Shown here in pieces: positions 50,663 through 64,000 of a stretch of DNA of 64,000 nt. This stretch comes from Paraspadella gotoi (Eukaryota; Animalia; Chaetognatha): positions 10,252,808-10,316,807 of the forward strand of contig CM119270.1 of assembly GCA_051294375.1 (NCBI GenBank), given 5' to 3'. Position numbers and translations under genes: made by a program. A model generated the notes under the pieces. It searched no databases, was not told where the DNA came from, and saw nothing but the letters and a program-made list of their open reading frames with translations. Every line of letters starts with the position of its first letter. Position 1 is the stretch's first letter.

Positions 50663-52321
50663 AATCGTATTTAATAAATTTCTGAAATATCGTTTTTTTT
50701 TCGTTGACTTCTATCAAAGTACACATCGAAACGAGAGAGGCGGTCTCATGACAAGCTGAAGGNNNNNNNNNNNNNNNNNNNNNNNNNNNNNNNNNNNNNN
50801 NNNNNNNNNNNNNNNNNNNNNNNNNNNNNNNNNNNNNNNNNNNNNNNNNNNNNNNNNNNNNNNNNNNNNNNNNNNNNNNNNNNNNNNNNNNNNNNNNNNN
50901 NNNNNNNNNNNNNNNNNNNNNNNNNNNNNNNNNNNNNNNNNNNNNNNNNNNNNNNNNNNNNNNNNNNNNNNNNNNNNNNNNNNNNNNNNNNNNNNNNNNN
51001 NNNNNNNNNNNNNNNNNNNNNNNNNNNNNNNNNNNNNNNNNNNNNNNNNNNNNNNNNNNNNNNNNNNNNNNNNNNNNNNNNNNAACATTTTTCTTCCTCA
51101 ATTTGATGACACAATTAATCAAAAATTAAAAAAAAGAAAAAAATTTAAAAGAAAGAAAGAAAGAAAGTTATATACACTTCATTATTATTCCCTTTCGACC
51201 AAAAAAGCAACGAAAACGAAATCGCGTAAACTGACGGAGGTTAATGAGACAGACAGAGAGAGAGAGAGACTTCGAGAGACAGAGACGGAGAGAGGCGCGA
51301 AAAGTTAATTTCGACGAATCGAATCGGGAGACGGAAACGACAGAGAGAGAGACAGATACAGCGACGTAGAGAGAGAAAGAGAAACAACGGGGTGGAAAAA
51401 AAGGTCGGGACGTGGATCGTCCTATCGGTGGGCCGATGATTCGAGACCCACCCCGCGACGGCCCCACGTCACTCCCTCTAGACCCCCCCTGAATCCGGGG
51501 CCCGGATGTGACTTTTCTCAGCAAAGATTCTTTCTTTACTTATCCCTTGATCACCAGAAATGCAGAGTGGGTCTTCAACGCGTTATCAAAGTTCAATTAA
51601 ACTTCAGGACCTGACCTGATCTCATCGAACTGACCCGATGAAATCCTTATCACCTCCCTGCTTCCTCCTTTCTCCTCACCCTCTTCCTATTCTTTCCCCT
51701 TCTCCCCTTCCTTTTAAATTTTTTAAAAGGGGTCCAAGGGTTAAAAACTCTTCGGAAAGCGGAGGCGGCGGCGGAGGCGGCGGATGCGGCGGAGGCGGCG
51801 GCGGCAACGGTTGCGGCAGTGACGGGGACGGCAGAGGTGATGGCCTGCACTGAAAGCACAAAAAGTCAAAATCGAAAAAAATAGTAATGATATACATTAA
51901 AAAAAACTTTTTTTCCCAAAAACTCGTCGTTCGCTGTAACGTAATTTTAAAAAAAATATGGAGAGAGGGCGTCACGAATATTAGAGAACTGAAGCGACGG
52001 GTTTAAAAATACTACATCCTTTGAATAACGAGATCAATTTTTTTTTCCAAATTAAAAAAAAAAAAAAGAAAAAAGAAAATAAGAGCGGATGAAGATACAG
52101 AAACTGAGAAGGACTAATGCTATTTTTAATGCGGTCCGAGTGACACTCAGCTGAGAGCTTAGACAGAGAGAAAGAGAGAAGGGGATAAAGACGTGTCCGA
52201 GTAAGCCTTTCAAAAATCGCTCGATAACTTATCACATTAGTTAGACAAATAGTAAATGTCAGGATTTTACCCAGAGTAACAATTGATATCCCTGCAGGAA
52301 AACGATGATGATCTTCTTCGG

Positions 52322-52450
<129 letters not shown>

Positions 52451-53934
52451 AGAGAGACAGAGAGACAGAGAGACAGAGGCGGGACAATACATAAAGAGAA
52501 GTCGGATTTACTGAAGACACCGAAATATTTCAAATTTCAAATTATCATTTTGCGCGAATCTTTTCAAAAGATCTGTGTGCGTCGGTGTCTTCCACCCTGT
52601 GCGTGCGTGTATTTCAATTTTCGCGAGTGGGCAAGTGTCGGCGTGCATGCGTTTGTTTTTAAGGGCGTTTTAAAAGAGCAGACGGATAGAAGAGAAGGCG
52701 CGTTGAATAAATAAACATATGGAATTGTCGATTTCTTCCCTTCAAAAAATAAACCCAAACTGTCATGCCTATCATTTCTTTCGCCACCTAACGTCATCCA
52801 TCTCCTACCCTCTCTCTTCTAATAACAAAGTCAAGATCTAAAAGAGAAGCGAAATAAATAATAAAGGAATGATCCCCTCTCTTTACACTCCTTCCCTCAC
52901 TCGACGCCCCAATGTCATCGGAGGTCGGCCATGTTTGTTTCGATAAGGCCCTTGCAACAGCATATCGCGTGTCGTGCTCGGGGCCGACCTCGCTCCTCTA
53001 ACGACAGACCCGAAGCACCCCCCCCTCAACCGAAAAAATAATTCGAGAAGGAAAGAGACAGAAGAACATCGTACTTTTTTTATACCACGCTGTCGAACGA
53101 ACGAAGGACGACGACGACGACGACGATGACAGAAACAAATGCGAGGTGACGTTAATCGCAGCCTGTTGACGATTTCTTTCATATTCGTCTACTTAGGTTT
53201 CGCCGTCGACAAATGAGGATTTTCGGAAAACATTTTTTACCCTAAAATGATTTAAATGTTGATGATAGTTAATTTTTAGTTATTGTCGTTTGTTTGTTTT
53301 AAAAATCGACGGAAGAAAGAGGTTTTTCATTTGTCCTTTCCTCGACTCGTTTCTTGTCTCCAGTCTTACTCTTTTTTTTTCACTTTAAAAAAGCTCTCTC
53401 TTTCTTCTTACACAACTGTTCCCTCTTCATCCTCCCTCATTCCTTTTTAGCTTTTCTCTCTTCTCCTTCCTCCCTTCCTTTCTCCCTTCCTACCTCCCTT
53501 CCCACCTCCCTTTCTACCTCCGTTCCTCGGTATTGATTTTCGCTTCGGTCGCCGTCGATTTCGTGTCGAAAAAGATTCAAAATCTCGGATCGAAATAAGA
53601 AAGAAAAAAACGGGAGAGAAATAAAGAAAAAAAAATTCCTCTAAAAAAAAGAAAAGATGGGGAAATGAATTTCGCTCCTGGAGCGGATGTCGAAAGGAGC
53701 AACCGCCAGAAATGGAGCTGAAAAGGGGGACAGGTGGTTGCGAAAGGTGGGAATCAATGGAACGGACTGTAAAAAGAGCATCGAAAAGGGGGAGGAGAAA
53801 TATTAAAGCGCTCGGGATTTCTGTGCGTGGGGGTTGGGTGGGACAGGAGGTCGAAGTTGTCGCACCCGGAATTCAAGTCTTAATGGTCTCTGCCCACAAA
53901 TGGATTCGAAAAAAGGTTTTTTTTTCTTCAATTA

Positions 53935-54053
<119 letters not shown>

Positions 54054-54992
54054 GACATGCCCGGGAGCCAATTAGCCACATTTTTCCTCTTATTCTCCTT
54101 TCATCATCCCCGGGCTCCGCTTGTCAACGTCCGTGATAAAAAGATTCATAAAAGAGTTTAAAAAACAGACATAAAAAATTGGGTACAAATAGTTACAATT
54201 AACATTTTAAAATGAATACTATATCGAAAAACATTTTATTTAAGAATTTGTAAAATGAGATGAAATATAATGGAGACGTTGATGTCATGTTGAGTTATTG
54301 ATAACCAGATTTTTTGCATTCTGACTTTTAATTTAATCTTTTTTTTTTCAATTCTCTTATGATCCATTCAACTGTTTCTTTTTTTTTCTATTCTCTTTCT
54401 GTTACGAACTCTCTCACCCCATCTTATCCTCCGTCACCTCTCCCTCTCTTTCTTCCTCTCCCTCCCTCTCGTCATCTCATATGCCGGACATAATGGTAGC
54501 TTGGAATCTGCCGATTTCGTGTCGATATTTGACGGGGCGGATCCTACCGGTAGGGGGAGGTGGAATAGGAGAAGGGGGAAGGAAGAAGAAGGGGCGTTGC
54601 TAGAGGAGAGGGGGGGCGTGCCTAGTCATGTCAATATCTGATTAGCGCCGGGGTCGTCGTCAATACCCGGGACGAATGAGAAAGAAAGAAGAAAAAAAAA
54701 GAAAAACTTTTTATTTTAGACGAAATGTTTGCCTAAAAGACAATAAATATCAACCGACTCAATAACAAAAACTACTAAGTATAGAAACATAAGAATAAAG
54801 TAACAATGCTTAATTCTAAATTTCTTCAACAAAAAACGATGTCATTTGAAAAAAAAAATCAAAGGCAAGGGTCTTTGAGTTTTTCGTCTCTTTCTCCATG
54901 AGTCGGCAGGAAAGAAAAAAAAACCCGAGAAGCTGAAAGTGAGTTGATGCAGTTCTCTGATAGAAAAGCAATGAGTTCCTTGCCAGTCAGCA

Positions 54993-55102
<110 letters not shown>

Positions 55103-55309
55103 GCGGTTTCTTTCTCCTTTTTCGAGATGCTACTTCCTTTATCCTTTCTCGTCGACATCGTCGCTGTCATCGTCATCATCGTCATCATTTCCTGTATTCA
55201 AATTTTCGTGTATTTTTTTTCGATCTTGTTTCGCTACATTTCTTCCTTCTGATTTTCCGCCGTCATCATCCTACTTCTTATGTTTCTATTTTCAAACATT
55301 ACTTTTCCG

Positions 55310-55486
55310 TTCCTCCTTCCTCCTCTCACTCTCTCCTTTATCGCTTCCTCCTTCCTCCTTCCTCCTCCTCTCACTCTCTCCTTTATCGCTCTCTCCTTCC
55401 TCCTTCCTCTCACTCTCTCCTTTATCGCTTCCTTCTTCCTCCTTCTTCCTCCTCTCACTCTCTCTTTTATCGCTTCCTCCTTCCTC
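55310..55486. repeat. Minisatellite of 39-45 bp, 4 copies
   Basis: cctctcactctctcctttatcgct repeats four times, separated by (cct)n linkers. Confidence 0.92.
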
Positions 55487-55964
55487 TTTTCTCCTACCCC
55501 TCTTCATCCCAATCGTCGGCTGCTCTTTCCTCTCTTCATATCTTCTCTCATTTCAGGGTTATCTTTTGCTGCGTGCTGAGGTTCTCAAAGACGCTCGCAT
55601 CGTCGTCTTCGGTTTCTGAGAATGAGAAAAGATAAACAAGAAAAATAAACAACAGATATGAAGGTAGAAACAGTTTACCGATCCACCTTGCGAAAAGAGA
55701 GAATACACCTTTTACCTGCTCACCCTCTCTTCCTTTCTCTGTCTCTATCTCTCGCTCTCCCCTCTCTCTTTTTTTTATTCTCTCGCTCTTATCATTTGAA
55801 TTTTTTTGGCAGAGCTATTGGCGCAAAGGAGGGGGAGGGGGAGCGAGCCGAGTTTAAGAAGAGAGGGAGGCAAGAGGTCGAGCCTCAAAGAGTTCGGTGG
55901 CTGCAGATTCGAATTTGCGTTTTTATCTGGCGACAGTAGATGCAATTTTTTTGCAAGAAGGGAG

Positions 55965-56020
<56 letters not shown>

Positions 56021-56306
56021 TCTAAAAATAGAAGCGTCGACAAAGTCTTTCTTTCCAGACTCGACGAGTCGTCGATGGAATCTTGATGGAATATCGACCA
56101 GCGCATCGGGCGGGCGGACGGGCACTTGGGTGGGTGTGCGGGTAGAGCGTGGGTGGGCGTTTGAATGGGTGCATCAATATTATACTGTCGCTAAATACAA
56201 CTTGGTCGAAATTTAAATAATTTGTTGAAGAGTCTGGGAGCCTAGTTCTAGTTTCTCGACATTCAGTATCTCCCATCACACTCACCAAATTCATTTTTTA
56301 ACATAA

Positions 56307-56715
56307 ACATTCACTCTCCACCCTCCACATTCATTCACCACCCTCCACATTCACTCTCCACCCTCCNNNNNNNNNNNNNNNNNNNNNNNNNNNNNNNNNN
56401 NNNNNNNNNNNNNNNNNNNNNNNNNNNNNNNNNNNNNNNNNNNNNNNNNNNNNNNNNNNNNNNNNNNNNNNNNNNNNNNNNNNNNNNNNNNNNNNNNNNN
56501 NNNNNNNNNNNNNNNNNNNNNNNNNNNNNNNNNNNNNNNNNNNNNNNNNNNNNNNNNNNNNNNNNNNNNNNNNNNNNNNNATCCACATTCATTCACCACC
56601 CTCCACATTCTCTCACCACCCTCCACATTTACTCTCCACCCTCCAAATTCACTCTCCACCCTCCAAATTCACTCTCCACCTTCCACATTCACTCTCCACC
56701 CTGTTCACTCCCCCA
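56307..56715. repeat. 20-bp minisatellite (acattcactctccaccctcc)n spanning an N gap
   Basis: Units are visible on both sides of the gap at 56367-56580. Confidence 0.92.
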
Positions 56716-58699
56716 CCAATTTTTCCAAATGGTTTTTCTTTCTCTTTTTCTTTCTCTTTTTCAACTCTTGTTCCTTTTTTTTGCTTCGAAGGACAAAATG
56801 TCAGATGTCATCTTCAAGGAAAAAATAAGGCAAAAAAGGCGCTCTCTCTCTCTCTCTCTCTCTCNNNNNNNNNNNNNNNNNNNNNNNNNNNNNNNNNNNN
56901 NNNNNNNNNNNNNNNNNNNNNNNNNNNNNNNNNNNNNNNNNNNNNNNNNNNNNNNNNNNNNNNNNNNNNNNNNNNNNNNNNNNNNNNNNNNNNNNNNNNN
57001 NNNNNNNNNNNNNNNNNNNNNNNNNNNNNNNNNNNNNNNNNNNCTCGCCGGCCTATTTTGTTTCCCTTCACATTGGTTAGGCTCTCTCTCTTCTACATTT
57101 TTGAAGTATTTTGTGAGTAATCGAAATAACTCCCATTTATAAAATTTAAACAACTTGTAAAAATCCTTGCATTAAAATCATAATTTTTTTCTTATGTCAA
57201 AATGGAATTAGCTAAGAATCACAGACGTGGCCAGAAGTAAATGAAAAAGTATAAGATTTATAACTGAAAAGTACGTTTTCATTAATTATAATTGACTGTC
57301 TGGTATTATATTTATATTATATTATATTTTTGACATCTCACCCTTGAAACTCATTGAAAGTTATATTTCATAGTTTCTTATGAATTAGTTTATAACATTT
57401 TATTAATGATTCCATTTTAAATTAGTTAAAAAAATACTCTCTTTAAGGAAAATCACGAGTTCATCATCAAGTTACGAATATTTTTAATCCTTCTATCTCC
57501 TTCTTTTCTCTTCCTCTTCCTCTTCCTCCTACCTTCTCGCTCGATCTCGCACAAAAAAACGTCCAAATATTGTTATCTTCGTCGCCCAAGGATAATAACG
57601 AGCTGGCCACACGAATTGGGAGCCTCCGTGCGGACAACCTCGTTATTTTTATTTTGGTTGTTGTACCTCCTCCGATTTCCTCACTCCTCCTCCTCCTCCT
57701 CCCCCTCCTCCTCATTCCTTTCTCCCCTTCCTCCGGACATCGGTTGACGTCGTCGTTGGTTTTTTTCAAGTATTTTGACAGAAAACAAGAATCGTTTATT
57801 CAGTTTTTCGGAATCGAGTATCANNNNNNNNNNNNNNNNNNNNNNNNNNNNNNNNNNNNNNNNNNNNNNNNNNNNNNNNNNNNNNNNNNNNNNNNNNNNN
57901 NNNNNNNNNNNNNNNNNNNNNNNNNNNNNNNNNNNNNNNNNNNNNNNNNNNNNNNNNNNNNNNNNNNNNNNNNNNNNNNNNNNNNNGACAAATGAACCCG
58001 AGTTGTGTTTTGATATGTTGATAAATGATCCTGGTTAAGGTTTTAGGGAGAAAAGAAGAAAAGAGAGAGAGAGGAGAGAGAGAAATTGTTTTACTCTGGA
58101 GAAATCGGCGCTTGTCTCTCATTTCCGATTTTTGAACCGAGTCGATGGACGGAGAAAAAAAACCGAGGATAGACAAAACAGTTGGCAGAGACAAAAAAAG
58201 ACAGTTGGCAAAGAGAGAACGAGAAATACATAACTTTTGAGCGAAGATTGACTTCGTCCCCGGATGATGAGAACAAATTATTTCTCCCGTAAAATATTGA
58301 AGATATCCTCGCATGANNNNNNNNNNNNNNNNNNNNNNNNNNNNNNNNNNNNNNNNNNNNNNNNNNNNNNNNNNNNNNNNNNNNNNNNNNNNNNNNNNNN
58401 NNNNNNNNNNNNNNNNNNNNNNNNNNNNNNNNNNNNNNNNNNNNNNNNNNNNNNNNNNNNNNNNNNNNNNNNNNNNNNNNNNNNNNNNNNNNNNNNNNNN
58501 NNNGAGAGAGAGAGAAGTTTTAAAGCAATAATAATGAATCTCTCCACTGTACATAACAATATAGTAGAATCTTATGAGAACATGAGTATTTTTTTTTGGA
58601 TTCCATTAATATGAATATATATTTTAAAGACAATATTATTAAAACCAAACACAAACTCAACAACCATCTTCCCCCCCCCTGTTCCTCTCTTCCTTCCAG

Positions 58700-58871
58700 C
58701 CCGGCGCCCGCCCTCCTTCCTCAACGGGCCTTCCCTCCGGCGCGTTCACCCCCGGCGCCGATGACGCCCAATCAACTCACTCCTCCGACACCCCCGGCCC
58801 CCAAATCACCAACCCCGCCTCCCACGGGGGCATGCACGGCGACACCGCCTCCGAAACCGGCGGCATCTACA
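58700..58871 (+). CDS. Meis: Internal coding exon, probably of a Meis/homothorax TALE-class homeobox gene (linker between HM domain and homeodomain)
   Basis: It has a polypyrimidine acceptor (cctctcttccttccag|) and a strong donor (a|gtgagt). It is 172 nt, phase 0 to phase 1, with strongly C-ending codons. Translation: PGARPPSSTGLPSGAFTPGADDAQSTHSSDTPGPQITNPASHGGMHGDTASETGGIY. DDAQSTHS-DTPGP...GDTASETG resembles the vertebrate Meis linker as I recall it (DDATSTHSAGTPGP...GDNSSEQG), whose exon has the same phases. No HM or homeodomain exon was found in the window. Confidence 0.68.
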
Positions 58872-58877
58872 GTGAGT

Positions 58878-58985
58878 ACATTCATTCATTCTTTTATTTA
58901 TACATTCACTCGTTTATACATTCATTTGTTCGTAGATTCAATGATTCATTCATTTATTTTTTTATTCATTCATTCATTCATTTAT
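58878..58985. repeat. Degenerate (ATTC)n tract just downstream of the exon donor
   Basis: Imperfect cattcattcatt array. Confidence 0.8.
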
Positions 58986-59716
58986 TATTCCTGTCCTGTA
59001 CTTGCTTTTCTTTACCTTATGCTTTTAGGCTCTCTTTTGTCTGTTTGTTCATTATGTGTTTGATGAATTTCTTTTTTTTAATTTAGAGTTTCTTAAGTAA
59101 TTCCTAGGCGTCGGGAGCTTCTTTTGTTTTACAGTTTTTCTATAATTGTCTATAGAGCGAATGTGCCTTTAAGGCTGAGGCACTGAGAAAGAAGAGGGAG
59201 CCTGGNNNNNNNNNNNNNNNNNNNNNNNNNNNNNNNNNNNNNNNNNNNNNNNNNNNNNNNNNNNNNNNNNNNNNNNNNNNNNNNNNNNNNNNNNNNNNNN
59301 NNNNNNNNNNNNNNNNNNNNNNNNNNNNNNNNNNNNNNNNNNNNNNNNNNNNNNNNNNNNNNNNNNNNNNNNNNNNNNNNNNNNNNNNNNNNNNNNNNNN
59401 NNNNNNNNNNNNNNNNNNNNNNNNNNNNNNNNNNNNNNNNNNNNNNNNNNNNNNNNNNNNNNNNNNNNNNNNNNTTCCAATTAACTCTGCATCTCACGTG
59501 AGGAAGCTAAAAGACAAATATAATGAGGACAACAAATTAAAAGCAGAATATTGACATTCGGGGAAGCAAAAAGGAATGGGGAAAGAAAGAACAAGAAATA
59601 AAAAGAAAAAGATAAGGAAAGAAAGAAAAAATAAAGAAAGAAATAAAAATAGAAAAACAAAAAGAAAGAAAAAAATAAAGAAAGAAAAAAAGAAAGAAAG
59701 AAAAAAAAAAGAAAGT

Positions 59717-59760
<44 letters not shown>

Positions 59761-60265
59761 AAATAATAAGCAAGATAAGAGAGAGAGAGAGAGAGAGATA
59801 GAGATATAGAGAGATAGAGAGAGAGAGAGAGAGAAAGAGAGAGAATCTCTTCCACCTCCACGGTCCTCACGAGTTGTGGTCTGCGTTTCCTTTTTCTCGA
59901 CTTAATTAGTTTTTTTTCATCTGTTTTTTACATACTGAGCAATCTCTTTTTTTCTCTTTTAGTTCTTCTTTTTGTTTGTTAGTTTTTCACTATACTATAC
60001 AAAAGGTTATCTTAAATACCTAGTAATAGATAAGAATACGATTTTACAACGCTTGATAATTTCTCGGTTACAAAACTTTTTTTTCGACAATAATTTTATT
60101 TTAATTCTTACTTCTTACTTCTTACTTCTTACTCCTATTAACAGTTTTTATTAAGTTCAGTATATTTATTTTCATGTATAGTGATGAGGGCTGAGTAAAA
60201 ACGAGAGAAAAATGAACAAAATCTAAAAGTTTCGTCGGGCCCGCGTGTCGCCGCGGAGGAGCCGA

Positions 60266-60395
60266 CGAACGAACGAAAGAACAAACGAAAGAACAAACGA
60301 AAGAACAAACGAAAGAACAAACGAAAGAACAAACGAAAGAACAAACGTAAAAACAAACAAAAGAACAAATGTAAAAACAAAGGAAAGAACAAATC
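60266..60395. repeat. 12-bp minisatellite (gaacaaacgaaa)n
   Basis: About 6 near-perfect units plus several degenerate ones. It explains the RTNE and RLFF repeat ORFs. Confidence 0.92.
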
Positions 60396-60685
60396 TAAAT
60401 TTGAGCGAAAGTCGGGTTGAAAACCTAAAAGGGGGAAATTCGAGAAGTAAAAAAATAAGAAAAAAAACTTTGTAATTCTTATTGATGTTTGTTTTTTTCT
60501 TTTATACATTTCTATTTCTTTGTTTATTTCTTTCTTTTTTAGTTCTTTTCTTATATTTTCTTTTCTTCTTTCATTCGACTCTTTTTATTTCTTTATGTTC
60601 TTTTGTTGTCGGTGTTTGACTCTTAGTCTCCCCCAACATTCGTCCTTCCTCTGCCCCGCCCACTCGCCGAGACGGCGCCTTAAAG

Positions 60686-60717
<32 letters not shown>

Positions 60718-61039
60718 AAGCGATGTCGACGACCGCCGACTGGAGACGTCAGATTCTTTAATTTGTTGACTCCTTGTGTTTACTTAAGATTCAAACAATT
60801 AAAATTAAGAATGAAAAGGAATAAAAAAGATTGGAGACTGAAAGAAGTTGGAAAAAGTATAACTGTTTAAAGCGTTAAAACTATTTGAACTATTTTAAAA
60901 TTAAATTCTGTCATGCTTCAGTTTATCATTTTTTTTGGTAATTTTTTTTAAGTATGCGACATAATTAAATTAAATTAAAATTGAAGGACATTATTTTTAT
61001 CAAAATTAGAAAAGCGAGTAATTTTAAGTTCATATTTTT

Positions 61040-61092
<53 letters not shown>

Positions 61093-61480
61093 TTCTCTCT
61101 CTCTTTCTCTCTCTCTTTCTCTCGTTCGCTGTCGGCGTTTTATTGCCAGTTGTAACTTTTGATTCAAAATCCCATAAGTACCCTGTTGCCCACGGTGGGT
61201 CGTCGTCATCATCATCATCATTATTATCGTCGTCAAGCCTCTAGCACATGCCGTCAACATCAAAGACGACACGTAAAACTGTCCATTCAAAAATAAAACT
61301 TTTTAACATGAAAATGCGAAGCGAATCTACTTCGAGCTCCCGAGTTTTGAAAACGAACTTTTGAAGTTTTTTTATTTTTTTTATTTTAAGGAATGTTTAG
61401 AAATTCTAATGAAATAGACAGATCAAACAAATTTTAAAAAGCATCATGAAAAATCGCTTATAAATTTTGAAGAAGAGTTC

Positions 61481-61556
<76 letters not shown>

Positions 61557-63156
61557 ATCGTCAGTTTTTATCGAGTTGGTCGTTTGACGGATTTCGGCCG
61601 ATCTCGGATTCTTTTGCCCCTTCGCCGCGCCTTTCCCCTCCCTCCTCCTTTTCCTGCTTCTCCCCTACTTCCCCCCTTCCTACCCTCCGCCTTTTCCTTT
61701 CCCCCCCCTCCCCTCTCTCTCTCCCTTCCCTCCCTCCCCTCACTCGATATGTTTTCTGTTTCTTCTTCTTCAGTAACAAACTTTTCCTTGTTATCAAAAT
61801 AAAAGAGAGAAAATATTTTCATTTTTTATCTCCGATCTGGAAGCGGAGTAAATCTGCGGAGAGAGTGAAAGAGAGAGCGAGAGAGCGAGAGAAAGAATGA
61901 GGGAGAGCGAGTGAGTTTATCGATATTTTGTTTCTGCTCGCAAAATTTTCGGTTAATAAGTTTTTTACCCTTTTCTGACTTCTTTTCATAAGATGATAAG
62001 CGAATAATAAATCTTTAGCTTTAGTAATCTTTAGTATAGAAGCTGCCAAAATAAAGGATTATTTAACGCAAGTCGAAATAACCATGTTAAACTTACCAAA
62101 ATCGATAGCGAAATGATTTCAATCTTTAGTATTTCGGAAGCTGTTGTCTTCATTTTCGGCTTCATGACTGATTTTTTAAACAATTTTCCTCTCATCTTTT
62201 ATCTCTAAATATTTCGACACTTTTCCCTCTCCTTTTTTCGTTCACCAATTTCGTCCTAATTTCACTCTCTCTCTCTCTCTGTCTCCGGTTGTGGTGCCCA
62301 ATTTTCGTTTTTTAGCCCCTGGCGTCAACTATTCTGTGTTTTTTCTTTTCCTCCTCCGCTTCCTCCTCCTCCTCCTCCTTTTTTTTCGCTCCTTTGACTT
62401 TTTCTTCTTCGAAGGACAAAGGGACCAAAAGACCTTCTTTACCTTTCACGGGGGCATCGCGAGGCCAGAAAAAAGTGGACGAGGACGACGAAGGCGACGA
62501 CGACGACGACGACGACGATGACGACGACGACGACGACCCTTATCGTTTAACTTCCAGTTCGAATGTCATCCTCGAGGTCCGTGGGATATCTTTTTCTCTT
62601 TCGCATTTCTTTTCCTTTTTTTCGATTTTTCTTTCTTTTTATCTGTGACTTTTCGATTCTATTTTAGGACTGGATTAACCCTCCTGGCTATCAAAGCTTA
62701 TGTTGATATTAAATGAACGAACAGCAAGATGCAGACACAACGACACGAGTACCAAGACGAAGAGCAGAGAGACGAGGAGATAAAAGTCAGAAGAGGATGA
62801 GGAACGACAAACAGAACTGCTACAGGAATGAACAACACAGACCAGAGAGACCTTACCCAAATGACCGAGAGAGACAAGACAGAGAACAGAGAAAGAGCCA
62901 GAGAATTGAAGTACGAATGAGCAGAGACCAGACGGAGAACAACAGGCATGAAACGAGTTCTCGTCAGGCGGGGGGGGATTTACACTCATATATTTCCATG
63001 TTCTTATTTTTTTTATTTGATTTTGATTCTTTTATGATTCTAGATTTTTGATTTTTGGGGGAAAATGCAAAATGAATAGTCTCTCTCTCTCTCATCTCTT
63101 TATTCTTCTGCCTCTTCTTCTCTTGTTCTCCTCGTCTCTTCCTCTCCCTCTCTCTC

Positions 63157-63211
<55 letters not shown>

Positions 63212-64000
63212 TCTCGTCTCTCTCCTCTCTCTCTCATCCTCTCTTCTCTCTCTCTTTTTCCTCCTCTCTCTGTTTATGACCCACAATCTGTGACTCGTTT
63301 TTCATTTCCTTCTTATTTTTTGATATACCCGTCATCATCCGCGATATTAGCAAAAGTATTATGGTGATGTCAAATATGTAATCCTCGCTCCTCATTCCTC
63401 TTCCTCCTCTTCTTCTTCCTCTTCTTTCTCTTCCTCTTCTTCTCCTCCTCCTCCTGCTGCCTTCCCCTCGTCGCTAAAAACCCAAAACATTAAACATGAC
63501 TTTTTTTTCGTTGCTTTGTCTCGCTTTTGTCCCTCAATGTTTCGGGCGTCTGCTTTGAGCCCCATAATTCTTGCGCAAACAATATCGAACAGACGAAAGG
63601 GCGGTTGGGCGGCGGCGCGCGCCGGCGGCGGCGGCGGCGGCGCGATCTGCGGCTGTAGGCGGTAGAGGTCGTGTTAGTGGTAGTGAGTAGGGGATGAGTG
63701 AGTGGTCAGAGTCAGGCGTGAGCGACCGCGAAGTTCCCATATCTCGTTGCGGCCATTCCACACAGGCTAATATGGACCCAAAACCTCTCCGACGCGATTT
63801 TATACGCCATTGTTCTCTCTCTTCTCCTTTCTCTCTCTCTCTCTACTCTCTCTCTCTCTCGTCTCTCTCGTCTCTCTCTCTCTCTCACTCATGGCAAAGT
63901 CAAAGGCCTTTATCCCCCTTTTCATTCATATAGCAAGTTTTGAGAAAGAGAAACAAAAAACATGGGACACAGAAAGAGAAGAGGAAAAAAAAGAGAAAGA

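Noticed and set aside
51760-51853. Poly-Gly/Pro/Ala ORFs
   Set aside because: This is a (GGC)n-type trinucleotide repeat with no convincing splice sites or domain.
55721-55745. HPLF peptide resembling the Meis HM start HPLFPLL
   Set aside because: It runs straight into a CT-rich tract (HPLFLSLSLS) with no acceptor and no CELATC motif.
62394-62648. Asp-rich ORF as the Meis pre-homeodomain exon
   Set aside because: It is a (GAC)n microsatellite and is not followed by KKRGIFPK or homeodomain helix 1.
62713-63051. 112-aa charged ORF starting at ATG
   Set aside because: Its composition (purine-rich, T-poor) fits a degenerate or noisily read GA-rich tract, and I recognised no motif.

Overview
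Eukaryotic, most likely invertebrate animal, draft-assembly sequence. It is AT-rich, dense in (AG)n/(CT)n and other simple repeats, broken by many N gaps, and carries indel-rich stretches that look like uncorrected long reads. Nearly all ORFs in the six-frame track are microsatellite or gap artefacts. Supported content: (1) one clean + strand internal exon (58700-58871) resembling the linker exon of a Meis/homothorax TALE homeobox gene, so much of the window may be intron; (2) a non-autonomous Helentron-type (HINE/DINE-1/pearl-like) element in three copies at two distinct insertion sites, with one site also present as the empty allele, which fixes the element's termini; (3) an internally deleted Tc1-type transposase relic, seen twice; (4) two large inverted duplications (2.2-10.6 kb and 14.7-35.3 kb) whose breakpoints lie at (AG)n tracts and 25-N gaps, probably long-read gap-filling artefacts; (5) a microsatellite-poor island (26.2-30.9 kb) with frameshifted coding-like sequence. 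I found no firm evidence of a new biological system. The best leads are the polymorphic, cargo-carrying HINE and the unidentified ORF island.
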